Source: Eubacteriales bacterium (GTDB lineage Bacteria; Bacillota; Clostridia; Oscillospirales; QAKW01). Taken from it: DNA of 64,000 nucleotides. The DNA is taken from contig JAZQDW010000008.1 of the NCBI GenBank assembly GCA_045546995.1, forward strand, positions 3,253 through 67,252, written 5' to 3'. Made by a program: the position numbers and the translations under genes. The notes below the pieces were generated by a model that worked only from the letters and a program-made list of their open reading frames with translations, was not told the origin of the DNA and made no database searches. This document shows, one piece after another, positions 56,114-64,000 of the stretch; within the stretch, counting starts at the first letter, position 1; the number at the start of each line of letters is the position of its first letter.

Positions 56114-57081
56114 TGGCAGCGGCTTTGAATAAAAAAGAAAAAGAACTTGAACTGCTTAAAAAGAAAAAATTATCCTTCTCTGAGAAGATGTCCCTTACGT
56201 GGCGTCAGATGAAGGAAGGCTATTGGAACTATATTCTGATGGCTCCGTTTTTGATCTTCTTTGCATTGTTCACTATTATTCCCGTTGTTTCTTGCTTTGT
56301 CTTGTCTTTTACCAGATATGACATCATCAATGCACCGATGTTCATCGGCTGGGATAACTATTTGAGAATGTTCCTCGAAGATGATGTTTTCCTGATCGCA
56401 TTGAGAAACACCATCGAGTTTGCAATCATTACCGGCCCGGTTGGTTACATTCTCTGCTTTGTGTTTGCGTGGTTTATCAACGATTTGCCGCCGTTTGGCC
56501 GTGCATTCTTCACCGTTTTGTTCTACGCACCTACACTTGCAAACATTTACTTTATCTTCCAGTACATCTTTTCCGGCGATATGTACGGTTTGCTGAACTC
56601 TACGCTGATTCAGCTCAACGTTATTTCTGAACCGATTCAGTGGCTACAAGATACAGACTATATGCTTACGATTTGTATCATCGTTCAGTTGTGGTGTAGC
56701 TTGGGTACCGGCTTCCTTGCGTTGGTCGCCGGCTTGCAGAGCTTGGATCCCGCATTGAACGAGGCCGGTGCAATCGACGGTGTCAGAAACAGATTCCAGG
56801 AATTGATTTACATCATTCTTCCGCAGATGGGTCCCTCGTTGATGTTTAGTGCTGTTATGCAGATCTCCAGCGCATTTGCAGTTGGTAGTATTTCTTCGGC
56901 ACTGGTTGGTTTCCCGTCTGTCGACTATGCAGCTCATACCATTGTGTTGCACGTTTCCGACTTTGCACATACTCGTTTCGAAATGGGTTACGCCGCAGCC
57001 TTGTCGGTCATCCTCTTCTTGATGATGCTTGGCTTTAAGGCAATTGTTAATCTCTTGCTTAAGAGATATTCTGATGATTAA
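56113..57081 (+). CDS. sugar ABC transporter permease (MalF/LplB-like), pair 1
   Basis: 322 aa with 6 TM helices and an EAA-loop-like region (LNEAGAIDGVRNRFQELIYIILPQM). Its start overlaps the SBP stop. Confidence 0.85.
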   Translation: MAAALNKKEKELELLKKKKLSFSEKMSLTWRQMKEGYWNYILMAPFLIFFALFTIIPVVSCFVLSFTRYDIINAPMFIGWDNYLRMFLEDDVFLIALRNTIEFAIITGPVGYILCFVFAWFINDLPPFGRAFFTVLFYAPTLANIYFIFQYIFSGDMYGLLNSTLIQLNVISEPIQWLQDTDYMLTICIIVQLWCSLGTGFLALVAGLQSLDPALNEAGAIDGVRNRFQELIYIILPQMGPSLMFSAVMQISSAFAVGSISSALVGFPSVDYAAHTIVLHVSDFAHTRFEMGYAAALSVILFLMMLGFKAIVNLLLKRYSDD

Positions 57082-57099
57082 GGAGGTGGAAAAAGAACT

Positions 57100-57954
57100 A
57101 TGTCAAAACTTAGAAGAAATAAAATCGCCATTATGGGCGATATCACAACTTATTTGTTGTTGTTGGTTTACGGTTTGCTGATGTCTCTGCCGTTGATTTA
57201 TGCGGTTTTGCAGGCGTTTAAACCTTACAACGAATTGTTCATTTTCCCGCCTCGGTTTTTTGTTAAAAACCCCACGATTTCAAACTTTACACAGTTGTTT
57301 GATCTCACGTCTTCTTCCTGGGTTCCGTTTTCCAGATACGTATTTAACTCTGTGTTGAATACGATTGTTGGTACGGTTATTCACATTCTTGCCGCCGCAA
57401 TGTGCGCCTATCCTTTGGCAAAGAACCAATTCCCCGGTAAGAAAATCATTTTCCAGATCGTAGTTTGGGCTTTGTTGTTCCACTCCGCTGTTCTTGAAGT
57501 TCCTACCTATTTGGTGATGGCTTACCTCGGCATCATTGATACTTATTTTGCATATTGGTTGCCCGAAATCGGTGCCACGATGGGTGTGTTCCTTTTGAAA
57601 CAGAATATGGATTCAATTCCCACTGCTATGATTGAGGCTTGTAAAATTGATGGTGCCAGTGAATGGACAATTCTTTGGAACATCATTATGCCTTGCGTCA
57701 AACCCGCTTGGCTGACTCTTGCCATCTTTGCATTCCAACGTAACTGGAACGCAACATCTTCTTCCTATATATATACTGAAACGCTGAAAACCCTGCCCGC
57801 TGCTTTGAGCCAGATCACAGCCGTTGGTAGTGTCAGCCGTGCCGGTGAAGCGTATGCGGCTTCTGTCATTATGATGATTCCTGCAATTATATTCTTCATC
57901 TTTGCACAAGGTAATACGGTTAAGACGATGTCGCATGCCGGTATTAAGGGTTAA
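57100..57954 (+). CDS. carbohydrate ABC transporter permease (MalG/LplC-like), pair 1
   Basis: 284 aa with the EAA loop MIEACKIDGASEWTILWNIIMP. Confidence 0.85.
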   Translation: MSKLRRNKIAIMGDITTYLLLLVYGLLMSLPLIYAVLQAFKPYNELFIFPPRFFVKNPTISNFTQLFDLTSSSWVPFSRYVFNSVLNTIVGTVIHILAAAMCAYPLAKNQFPGKKIIFQIVVWALLFHSAVLEVPTYLVMAYLGIIDTYFAYWLPEIGATMGVFLLKQNMDSIPTAMIEACKIDGASEWTILWNIIMPCVKPAWLTLAIFAFQRNWNATSSSYIYTETLKTLPAALSQITAVGSVSRAGEAYAASVIMMIPAIIFFIFAQGNTVKTMSHAGIKG

Positions 57955-57969
57955 GGAGGGGAGTTACAT

Positions 57970-59520
57970 ATGAATAGAAAATTTAAAAAGCTGAGTGTAC
58001 TCCTGATCTCCGTTATTCTTGTAAGTATGCTGATCACAACCGGTGCATTTGCTTATATTCCTTACACCGGTTACAACTTTGACTTTTATGGCGAAATCGT
58101 AAACGGTCCTTCTGGCTATGTTCCCGAAAAGATCATTTATGGTTCTGACGTCGGCCTGGAGTCTTTTGTTAATCCCTTGGATATGTATATTACCAAGGAT
58201 AACCGAATTCTTGTGGTTGACAGTGGTGGTGCAGGCGCTACCTCTCGTGTTATCATTATGGATTCCAACTTCAAACTGATTAAAATCATTGATAAGTTTA
58301 TCGGTTTGAACGGGGAACCGCTGAACGTTATCAATGCAAACGGTCTTTGCGTTGACAAGGAAGGTTTTATTTATCTTTGCGACCCCGACAGCTTCCGTGT
58401 TTTGAAGTTTGACACAAACGGTCAGGTGCATTTGATTTACGGTGCTCCTCCTAAAGAGTTTGTTGACGACGCTTTCGTTTATCGTCCTCAAAAGCTGGGT
58501 ATTGGTATCAATGGTTCGATCTTTGTTATCTCCAAGGGTTGTACCGACGGTATTATGGAGTTTGATACCAAGGGGTCGTTTGTAAGATTCTTTGGCGCTC
58601 CTGAGGTTGAACTTTCTGTTACCGACTATTTGAATATTTATTGGAGAAACATCTACCGTGTTATCGGTGGCGATAGCGTAGACGCTTACTTTGCCACCTA
58701 TGTTCCCAGTGAATTCGCCAATATGTCCGTTGATGATAATGGTTTCGTTTACACAATGATTGCTGCAAACGAAAAATCCACGGACGAGATGTATAAACTG
58801 AACTTCCAGGGTACCAATATTTTGGATCCTGCACAGAAGAGTACCAGTAAAAAGACCGCCGCTTTGTCTGCAAACTACGGTGACTTGATCACTCGTTCAA
58901 CCTCCGGCGCGGGTAACGTATTTAACGACGTTTGTCTTGATTCGGATGGTTTCTTCACTTTACTTGATACCAATCTTGGTCGTGTTTTTGAGTACGACAA
59001 GGAAGGTAACCTGATTTTTGTTTACGGTAATAAGGGTAATCAGATCAATCAGGTTCAGAATGGTCTGCTTGTCAGCCCATCTGCAATCATCAAATTAGGG
59101 GATAAGACTGTTGTATTGGATGCCGGTACCGGCTCGATCACTGTTTTCAAACTGTCTGATTTCGGTGAACAGTTGCATGAAGCTGTCAGCCTGTATAACG
59201 AAGGTAAATACGATTTGGCTGAAGAGCCCTGGAGAAACGTACTGAAATACGATGCCAATTCCGAACTTGCACATATCGGTCTTGGTAAGGTACATTATTT
59301 GCGTGGTAATTATGCGGAAGCATTGGATGAGTTTAAACTTGGCAATGACCGCAACAATTATTCCAGAACTTACAAATTGTATCGTGACGATGTAATCAGA
59401 AGTAACTTCACCTGGGTTGTTACCATTATCGTTGTTTTGTTGATCCTGCTGATCGTCTGGAAAAAATATGGTAAGCAGATCAAGGCTCGTCTTAAAGCAA
59501 AAAAGGGAGGTGATCAATAA
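57970..59520 (+). CDS. extracytoplasmic NHL-repeat beta-propeller + TPR protein with N-terminal signal/TM and C-terminal TM anchor
   Basis: 516 aa. NHL-like blades (ITKDNRILVVDSGG..., GLCVDKEGFIYLCDPDSFRVLKFD..., ...FVISKGCTDGIMEFD...), a TPR-like segment (LGKVHYLRGNYAEALDEFKLG) and a C-terminal helix WVVTIIVVLLILLIVW followed by a basic tail. Confidence 0.7.
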   Translation: MNRKFKKLSVLLISVILVSMLITTGAFAYIPYTGYNFDFYGEIVNGPSGYVPEKIIYGSDVGLESFVNPLDMYITKDNRILVVDSGGAGATSRVIIMDSNFKLIKIIDKFIGLNGEPLNVINANGLCVDKEGFIYLCDPDSFRVLKFDTNGQVHLIYGAPPKEFVDDAFVYRPQKLGIGINGSIFVISKGCTDGIMEFDTKGSFVRFFGAPEVELSVTDYLNIYWRNIYRVIGGDSVDAYFATYVPSEFANMSVDDNGFVYTMIAANEKSTDEMYKLNFQGTNILDPAQKSTSKKTAALSANYGDLITRSTSGAGNVFNDVCLDSDGFFTLLDTNLGRVFEYDKEGNLIFVYGNKGNQINQVQNGLLVSPSAIIKLGDKTVVLDAGTGSITVFKLSDFGEQLHEAVSLYNEGKYDLAEEPWRNVLKYDANSELAHIGLGKVHYLRGNYAEALDEFKLGNDRNNYSRTYKLYRDDVIRSNFTWVVTIIVVLLILLIVWKKYGKQIKARLKAKKGGDQ

Positions 59521-60191
59521 TGAAATTTTTTAGTGCAATTAAAGATTTTTGCGTACGTCTTTACGAACGTGAAAAGGTTAAGAAAAATCCGTTATTGATC
59601 CTGACTCATCCCATTGACACGGTTGAGGAAATGAAAGAAAAGCGTAATGGTTCTGTGTTTTGGGCCACCGTTCTTCTGTTCCTCTTCACCTTGTCCGAAA
59701 TTATTGTAACCGTTGCAAAAGGCTTTTTGTTTAATTCTGCTAAGGCTGAAGATTTCAATCTGTTCTATGTTTTGATGCGTTCTTGCTTCCTTGTACTGTT
59801 GTACGTTGTTGGAAACTGGGCACTGTGTACCTTGCTGGAAGGCGAGGGTAGAATGGTAGACATCTACGTTTACACCTGTTACTGCCTGACGCCTCTCACG
59901 ATATATAGAATTTTTGATACGATTTTTTCCAATGTGGTTACAACGGATGAATACGTTTTCATCAACATGGTCAATGCGTGTGCTTGGATATGGTTCATTG
60001 CTATGCTGACCTTCTCGATGAAGCGATTGCATAACTACACAATGGGTAAAACGATTCTGTGTATGCTGTTTTCTGTGGTAGCAATGGCAATTATTTTCTT
60101 CTTGATTTATTTGTTTGTTATCTTGATTCAGCAGTTGGCAGTATTTGTAATGACGATCTATACTGAGATTGTCATGAGAACCATAGCATAG
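59520..60191 (+). CDS. Yip1-family polytopic membrane protein
   Basis: 223 aa with an N-terminal soluble segment of about 40 aa, then 5 hydrophobic helices. Size and topology are typical of bacterial Yip1-domain proteins. Its start overlaps the upstream stop (TAATG). Confidence 0.6.
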   Translation: MKFFSAIKDFCVRLYEREKVKKNPLLILTHPIDTVEEMKEKRNGSVFWATVLLFLFTLSEIIVTVAKGFLFNSAKAEDFNLFYVLMRSCFLVLLYVVGNWALCTLLEGEGRMVDIYVYTCYCLTPLTIYRIFDTIFSNVVTTDEYVFINMVNACAWIWFIAMLTFSMKRLHNYTMGKTILCMLFSVVAMAIIFFLIYLFVILIQQLAVFVMTIYTEIVMRTIA

Positions 60192-60207
60192 GAAGGAGGA
60201 GTATAAA

Positions 60208-62532
60208 ATGAAAAAATTTAACAGACTTTTATCTTTGCTCCTGGCACTTCTTATGTGCGTTTCAATGTTCTCTATGTTTGCTTTTGCAGCAGATGAGGAG
60301 GAGGCTGAAGGTGATGGCCCTGCCACCACTGAAACCGAATCCGAAGGCGGCGAAGGGGAATCCGGCGGTATCAAGCAGAAGGTAGATCCTTCCAGATTCC
60401 AGTCTTCCAGTACGCAAGCCATCCCTGCTTCCTATACCAAGGTTTCTGAAAACAAAAATCTGGCACTGTATCTCGATTATTTGAGCGGCGAATATGCTCT
60501 GCTTGATAAGAGAAATAACACCTCTTTGTTTTCTAACCCCCAGGATCGTAAGCAGGACAATGTAGCGAACAGTGAGACTGAGCGTATTGCTTCTTCTCAT
60601 TTAGGCGTTTCGTTTATTACCTCTTCTTTTAAAACCATCGAAGTTACTTCTCTCGATGCTAAAATCATTACCGAAAAGTTTGGCGATAGTCAGATTGTTT
60701 CTTACTTCTTTGATTCCGATTCTTCTTTCTTTATCATTCCTGTTATGTTCACGCTGAAGGATGATTATCTGGAAGTCGAATTGCTGATCGATTGTATCAA
60801 CGAAATGTCTGATTCTCGTGTTTTGACCGTAAGTCTGATGCAGGTTTTTGCTGCCGGTAACCCGAAAGATCAGGGCTATCTGCTGTTGCCTGACGGTATG
60901 GGCTCGTTGATGAAGTTTAATCAAAACCTGTCCAATATTGACGTTTATAACGGTTGGATCTATGGTGAGGATCCCACTGCAAAGGCGGCAATTAACGAAT
61001 ACAACTACGGCCGTGATCTGACTGAGGGTGTTCGCTTGCCTATATATGGTGTCAAGAAAAATGACAATGGTTTTCTTGCTATCATTACTGAATGCGAATC
61101 CAACGTTATGCTGAAGGCGTACAATTCCGGTATGCTGAACAGTTATAACTTTGTTTATCCCACCGTTACGATTCGTAATTCTCAGACCCGTCGTACCTCC
61201 ACCGGTAATACCGGTGCCGGTGTTTACTATTCCGACGAGTTGCCTGAAAATTTGAAGATCCGCATTTACCCGTTGGTTGGCAATGACGCTAATTACGTGG
61301 GCATGGCCAAAAAGTATCGTCAGTATTTGATCAATGACCTGGGTATGGCTCCTTTGAGTGAGGATGCCGGCGTTCCTATGAACGTTACGATGATCGGCGC
61401 CTACAAGAGAACCAAGCATTTTCTTGGTTTCCCTTATACCGGTGTTGATACGATGACCACCTTTGATCAGGCCGGTGAAATTTTGACTGATCTGGATGAT
61501 AAGGGTGTAGATAACATGATCTGCGGTATGCTTGGCTGGAATAGCGGCGGTTTGGAAAGTGCTGTTAGCACGACCTTTAACCCCGAAAAGAAGCTGGGCG
61601 GCAAAAAAGCGGCAAATGCTTTGCTCGAAACCGCAGATAGCATCGACGTTCCGTTGATGTTTGACGTGGATTTGGTTCATTACTATACCGCTTCCGGTAA
61701 GTATAAGAAATTTAATTCTACTGTTTATGGTTTGGACTTGGCTCCTACAGCAATGTTCCCCTTTATCATTTCTGTAAACCGTGTTGATAAGAACCGTGAA
61801 CCTCACTATTTGTTCCATCCGACCGCAATGCTGAGCGTTGCCAGTGAATTTGTTGATGCCGCTTCCGGCGTTGGTATTGAAAACTTCTCGTTTGAGAGCG
61901 TTGGCTCCGAACCCTATCCTGCGTACAATACAGAAGATGTTTCCACCCGTGATCAGACCGTTGCTGACTTTACTCAGGTCTTCACCAATACCGCAGAAAA
62001 GACTGACGGTATTGTTTCTACCGGTAACGGTAACGCTTACGTGTTCCCTTCGGCAAACAATGTTACGGATGCTCCTTTGTACAGCAGCCATATGTATTTT
62101 GCCGAAACCGAGGTTCCGTTCTATCACATTGCATTGCGTGGTTTGACTCGCATTTCCGGTCCCGCTCTTAACTTAAGTGCCGAGAAGGAAGATTTGATTC
62201 TTCGATCTGCTCAGGTCGGTGCCGGTCTGTACGCTGTTTTGTCGTATGAGTCTTCCAGCAACCTGAAGGATACGTCTTATAACTATTATTATTCAACTCA
62301 GTACTCTCTGCTTGGCGAAGAGATCGTCGATGCTTATAAGAGACTTGATGTTGTATATGATGCTGTTGGTACAGCTGCCATTACCGATTATCAAATCGTT
62401 TCCGAAACGTTGAAGGTTACCACCTTTGATAACGGCGTGAAGGTAATTGTTAACTATGGTGAAAAGGACGCAACTCATAACGGTGTTAAGATTGCGGCCA
62501 ACGATTTTGTTGTAGTAGGAGGTGACAAATAA
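60208..62532 (+). CDS. secreted 774-aa protein of unknown function (DUF5696-like by recollection of the family and its gene context)
   Basis: Signal peptide, then an acidic low-complexity linker (ADEEEAEGDGPATTETESEGGEGESGG), then a large mixed alpha/beta region. I recognised no catalytic motif. The DUF5696 assignment comes from memory of the family, not a search. Confidence 0.55.
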   Translation: MKKFNRLLSLLLALLMCVSMFSMFAFAADEEEAEGDGPATTETESEGGEGESGGIKQKVDPSRFQSSSTQAIPASYTKVSENKNLALYLDYLSGEYALLDKRNNTSLFSNPQDRKQDNVANSETERIASSHLGVSFITSSFKTIEVTSLDAKIITEKFGDSQIVSYFFDSDSSFFIIPVMFTLKDDYLEVELLIDCINEMSDSRVLTVSLMQVFAAGNPKDQGYLLLPDGMGSLMKFNQNLSNIDVYNGWIYGEDPTAKAAINEYNYGRDLTEGVRLPIYGVKKNDNGFLAIITECESNVMLKAYNSGMLNSYNFVYPTVTIRNSQTRRTSTGNTGAGVYYSDELPENLKIRIYPLVGNDANYVGMAKKYRQYLINDLGMAPLSEDAGVPMNVTMIGAYKRTKHFLGFPYTGVDTMTTFDQAGEILTDLDDKGVDNMICGMLGWNSGGLESAVSTTFNPEKKLGGKKAANALLETADSIDVPLMFDVDLVHYYTASGKYKKFNSTVYGLDLAPTAMFPFIISVNRVDKNREPHYLFHPTAMLSVASEFVDAASGVGIENFSFESVGSEPYPAYNTEDVSTRDQTVADFTQVFTNTAEKTDGIVSTGNGNAYVFPSANNVTDAPLYSSHMYFAETEVPFYHIALRGLTRISGPALNLSAEKEDLILRSAQVGAGLYAVLSYESSSNLKDTSYNYYYSTQYSLLGEEIVDAYKRLDVVYDAVGTAAITDYQIVSETLKVTTFDNGVKVIVNYGEKDATHNGVKIAANDFVVVGGDK

Positions 62533-63665
62533 TGGCCAAGAAAATTGATGTTGCTCAACTTGAGGCTGCCAGAGATCTCGCATTTGCTGAGATCGATGAA
62601 AAGTTAAAATCACTTGCTCCTACGAGTAAAGAAGCAAAAAAGCTCAGAAAGCGTCGTCTTAAAATTGCTAAGAAAACGCAAAAACTGAAGATTAAAGCTT
62701 CTAAAAGAAAAGTTGATATCGATGCTGAAAAGAAGAAAAAGAAGAAGGTTGATCCCTCTCTTCCCAAATTCAAGAAAAAGCGCGGCGGCATTTCCTATGA
62801 ACAGCGTCAGGGATTTGTGGGCTTTATGTTTGTCCTTCCTTGGTTTATGGGCTTCTTGTTCTTCTTCCTGCAGCCCTTGCTGATGTCGCTGAACTTCTCT
62901 TTCTCAAAGATCGATTTGTTCAACAACTACGCTACCACTTGGGCAGGCGCCCAAAACTATCTGGATGCTTTCAAAAATGCTGACTTTATCCAGAAAATGT
63001 CCACTACTTTGGGTGATCTGCTCGTTAACGTACCTGTTGTAATCGTTTTCAGTTTGTTTGTTGCTGTACTGTTGAATCGTAAGTTTATCGGTCGTGGTGT
63101 AGCACGTGCAATTTTCTTCTTGCCTGTTATCGTTACCACCGGTGTTGTTATGAAGGCATTTAACGCAGAGTCTGACGCTTCTAAAGTTATGGACGGTGAT
63201 ATCGCCGGCGGTATCCTCTTTGAGGTGACCGACGCAACTGAAATTCTTCAGAATTCCGGTTTGCCCGAAAGCATTTTGGAGTATATGACACAGGTTTCCA
63301 ATCGAATCTTTAACATCGTTTGGGATTCCGGTATTCAGATTCTTTTGTTCTTGGCTGCTTTGCAGGGAATTTCTCCCTCTTTGTACGAGGCATCTGATGT
63401 TGAGGGTGCTACCGCTTGGGAAACCTTCTGGATGATCACGTTCCCCAGTGTTGCTCCTATCATCGTTGTAAACGTTGTTTACACGATCATCGACTCGTTC
63501 TCCAGCAACGATAACGTTTTGTTGACGTTAATTCAGTCCAAGATCAACCAGTTCGACTTTTCGACCGCTTCTGCAATGTCGTGGATGTACTTCGTGGTTA
63601 TCTTTGTAATCATTGCTGTAATCTACGTCTTGCTGCAGAAAGTGCTCGTAAAGAATAACGAGTAA
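62532..63665 (+). CDS. sugar ABC transporter permease (MalF-like), pair 2, with Lys-rich N-terminal extension
   Basis: 377 aa. The first about 85 aa are extremely basic (KKLRKRRLKIAKKTQKLKIKASKRKVDIDAEKKKKKKVDPSLPKFKKKRGG). A 6-TM core follows, with the EAA-like motif LYEASDVEGATAWETFWMITFP. Confidence 0.8.
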   Translation: MAKKIDVAQLEAARDLAFAEIDEKLKSLAPTSKEAKKLRKRRLKIAKKTQKLKIKASKRKVDIDAEKKKKKKVDPSLPKFKKKRGGISYEQRQGFVGFMFVLPWFMGFLFFFLQPLLMSLNFSFSKIDLFNNYATTWAGAQNYLDAFKNADFIQKMSTTLGDLLVNVPVVIVFSLFVAVLLNRKFIGRGVARAIFFLPVIVTTGVVMKAFNAESDASKVMDGDIAGGILFEVTDATEILQNSGLPESILEYMTQVSNRIFNIVWDSGIQILLFLAALQGISPSLYEASDVEGATAWETFWMITFPSVAPIIVVNVVYTIIDSFSSNDNVLLTLIQSKINQFDFSTASAMSWMYFVVIFVIIAVIYVLLQKVLVKNNE

Positions 63666-63680
63666 AGGAGGGATATTGAA

Positions 63681-64000
63681 ATGAGTCTTATTAAATCTAT
63701 TAAGCATCAGGTTACCAAGTCTGAAAAAGGTAAGACTACTGACCGTCGTGCCATTCTTGCCATTCTGGGCAAGATTGTAGTTGGCCTTGCAGTTGCAGTT
63801 GTTTTGATCGGTTTGAGCTATATCGTTTTGTATCCCTTGATCTTCTGTATTTCTTGGGCTATTCGTGATCCGATCGATGTTTACGATTCCACTATCATCT
63901 TGATTCCCAAGCATTTTACGATCAATAACTTCTTCGAAGCTTGGGACTTTATGGATTATGGTACCGCTTTGGTCAATACGTTTAACACTGCAGTTTGGCC
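63681..64000 (+). CDS. carbohydrate ABC transporter permease (MalG-like), pair 2 (partial; runs off the right edge)
   Basis: Hand translation from ATG 63681 (AAAGGAGGG upstream) gives MSLIKSIKHQVTKSEKGKTTDRRAILAILGKIVVGLAVAVVLIGLSYIVLYPLIFCISWAIRDP...IPKHFTINNFFEAW... It is not in the ORF track because no stop lies in the window. Confidence 0.75.
   Translation, partial: MSLIKSIKHQVTKSEKGKTTDRRAILAILGKIVVGLAVAVVLIGLSYIVLYPLIFCISWAIRDPIDVYDSTIILIPKHFTINNFFEAWDFMDYGTALVNTFNTAVW

Noticed and set aside
53099-62127. Long antisense ORFs (346, 320, 276 and 508 aa) inside the lower-GC ABC/Yip1 operon
   Set aside because: They are surprising at about 44% GC. However, each is in the codon-aligned antisense frame and is explained by sense-strand codon bias. 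They have no RBS and implausible Ile/Asn/Arg-rich sequences. The sense proteins have clear permease or binding-protein features.
1-64000. tRNA, rRNA, tmRNA, transposase, integrase, phage or CRISPR-Cas genes
   Set aside because: I scanned the intergenic regions by eye for tRNA-like T-arm motifs and the ORF list for recombinase or Cas signatures and found none. This is a manual scan, so small RNAs could have been missed. tRNAscan-SE or Infernal would settle it.

Overview
This window looks like a chromosomal segment from a Gram-positive anaerobe. A Clostridia (Oscillospiraceae/Ruminococcaceae-like) origin is my inference from gene content and Shine-Dalgarno usage, not a database result.

**1-20.8 kb, core genes.**
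- A partial WYL regulator, then nifU-nifS, rnhA and serS.
- An origin-type partition cluster, noc-like/soj/spo0J. The noc-soj spacer holds a perfect parS (TGTTCCACGTGAAACA) plus degenerate copies.
- A PAP2 phosphatase, an OmpR/histidine-kinase pair and an FG-GAP-like lipoprotein.
- A YhaO/YhaN (SbcF/SbcE)-like nuclease/SMC-like ATPase pair, followed by two paralogous membrane-anchored RCC1-repeat proteins.
- rpsO and pnp.

**20.8-22.3 kb, repeats.** The pnp-fucosidase spacer is a 1.55 kb nest of repeats. About 197-bp inverted repeats bracket a tiny divergent two-gene module (a 44-aa ORF and a ribbon-helix-helix protein). They also bracket one copy of a 292-bp hairpin-rich element, whose second copy (about 96% identical) lies at 33.47 kb.

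**22.3-44.9 kb, accessory sugar metabolism.**
- GH29, SDR, CE4, Gfo/Idh/MocA, ThuA, two AraC regulators and a ribulokinase-like kinase.
- A LysM-GH18 protein, then GH32-MFS-GH2 and a membrane sulfatase-like protein.
- A sialidase-like BNR protein with a DapA/NAL-like lyase.
- An unusual XRE-HTH::IspD-like fusion, divergent from a LicC-like nucleotidyltransferase.

**From about 45 kb, GC drops from roughly 57% to roughly 44%** (hand counts of sampled lines). This part holds:
- rplS.
- An ECF-like sigma factor translationally coupled to a 1615-aa single-pass surface protein.
- pncB.
- A very tight operon of at least 8 genes that runs off the right edge. It encodes a 1005-aa solute-binding protein with tandem CBM-like domains, two ABC permease pairs, an NHL/TPR propeller, a Yip1-family membrane protein and a DUF5696-like secreted protein.

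The operon and the sigma/giant-protein pair are my best candidates for an uncharacterised system. The repeat-bounded mini-island and the 292-bp element are the best non-coding candidates. I found no rRNA, tRNA, CRISPR array or transposase by eye. All domain assignments come from reading motifs in the translations. No searches were run.
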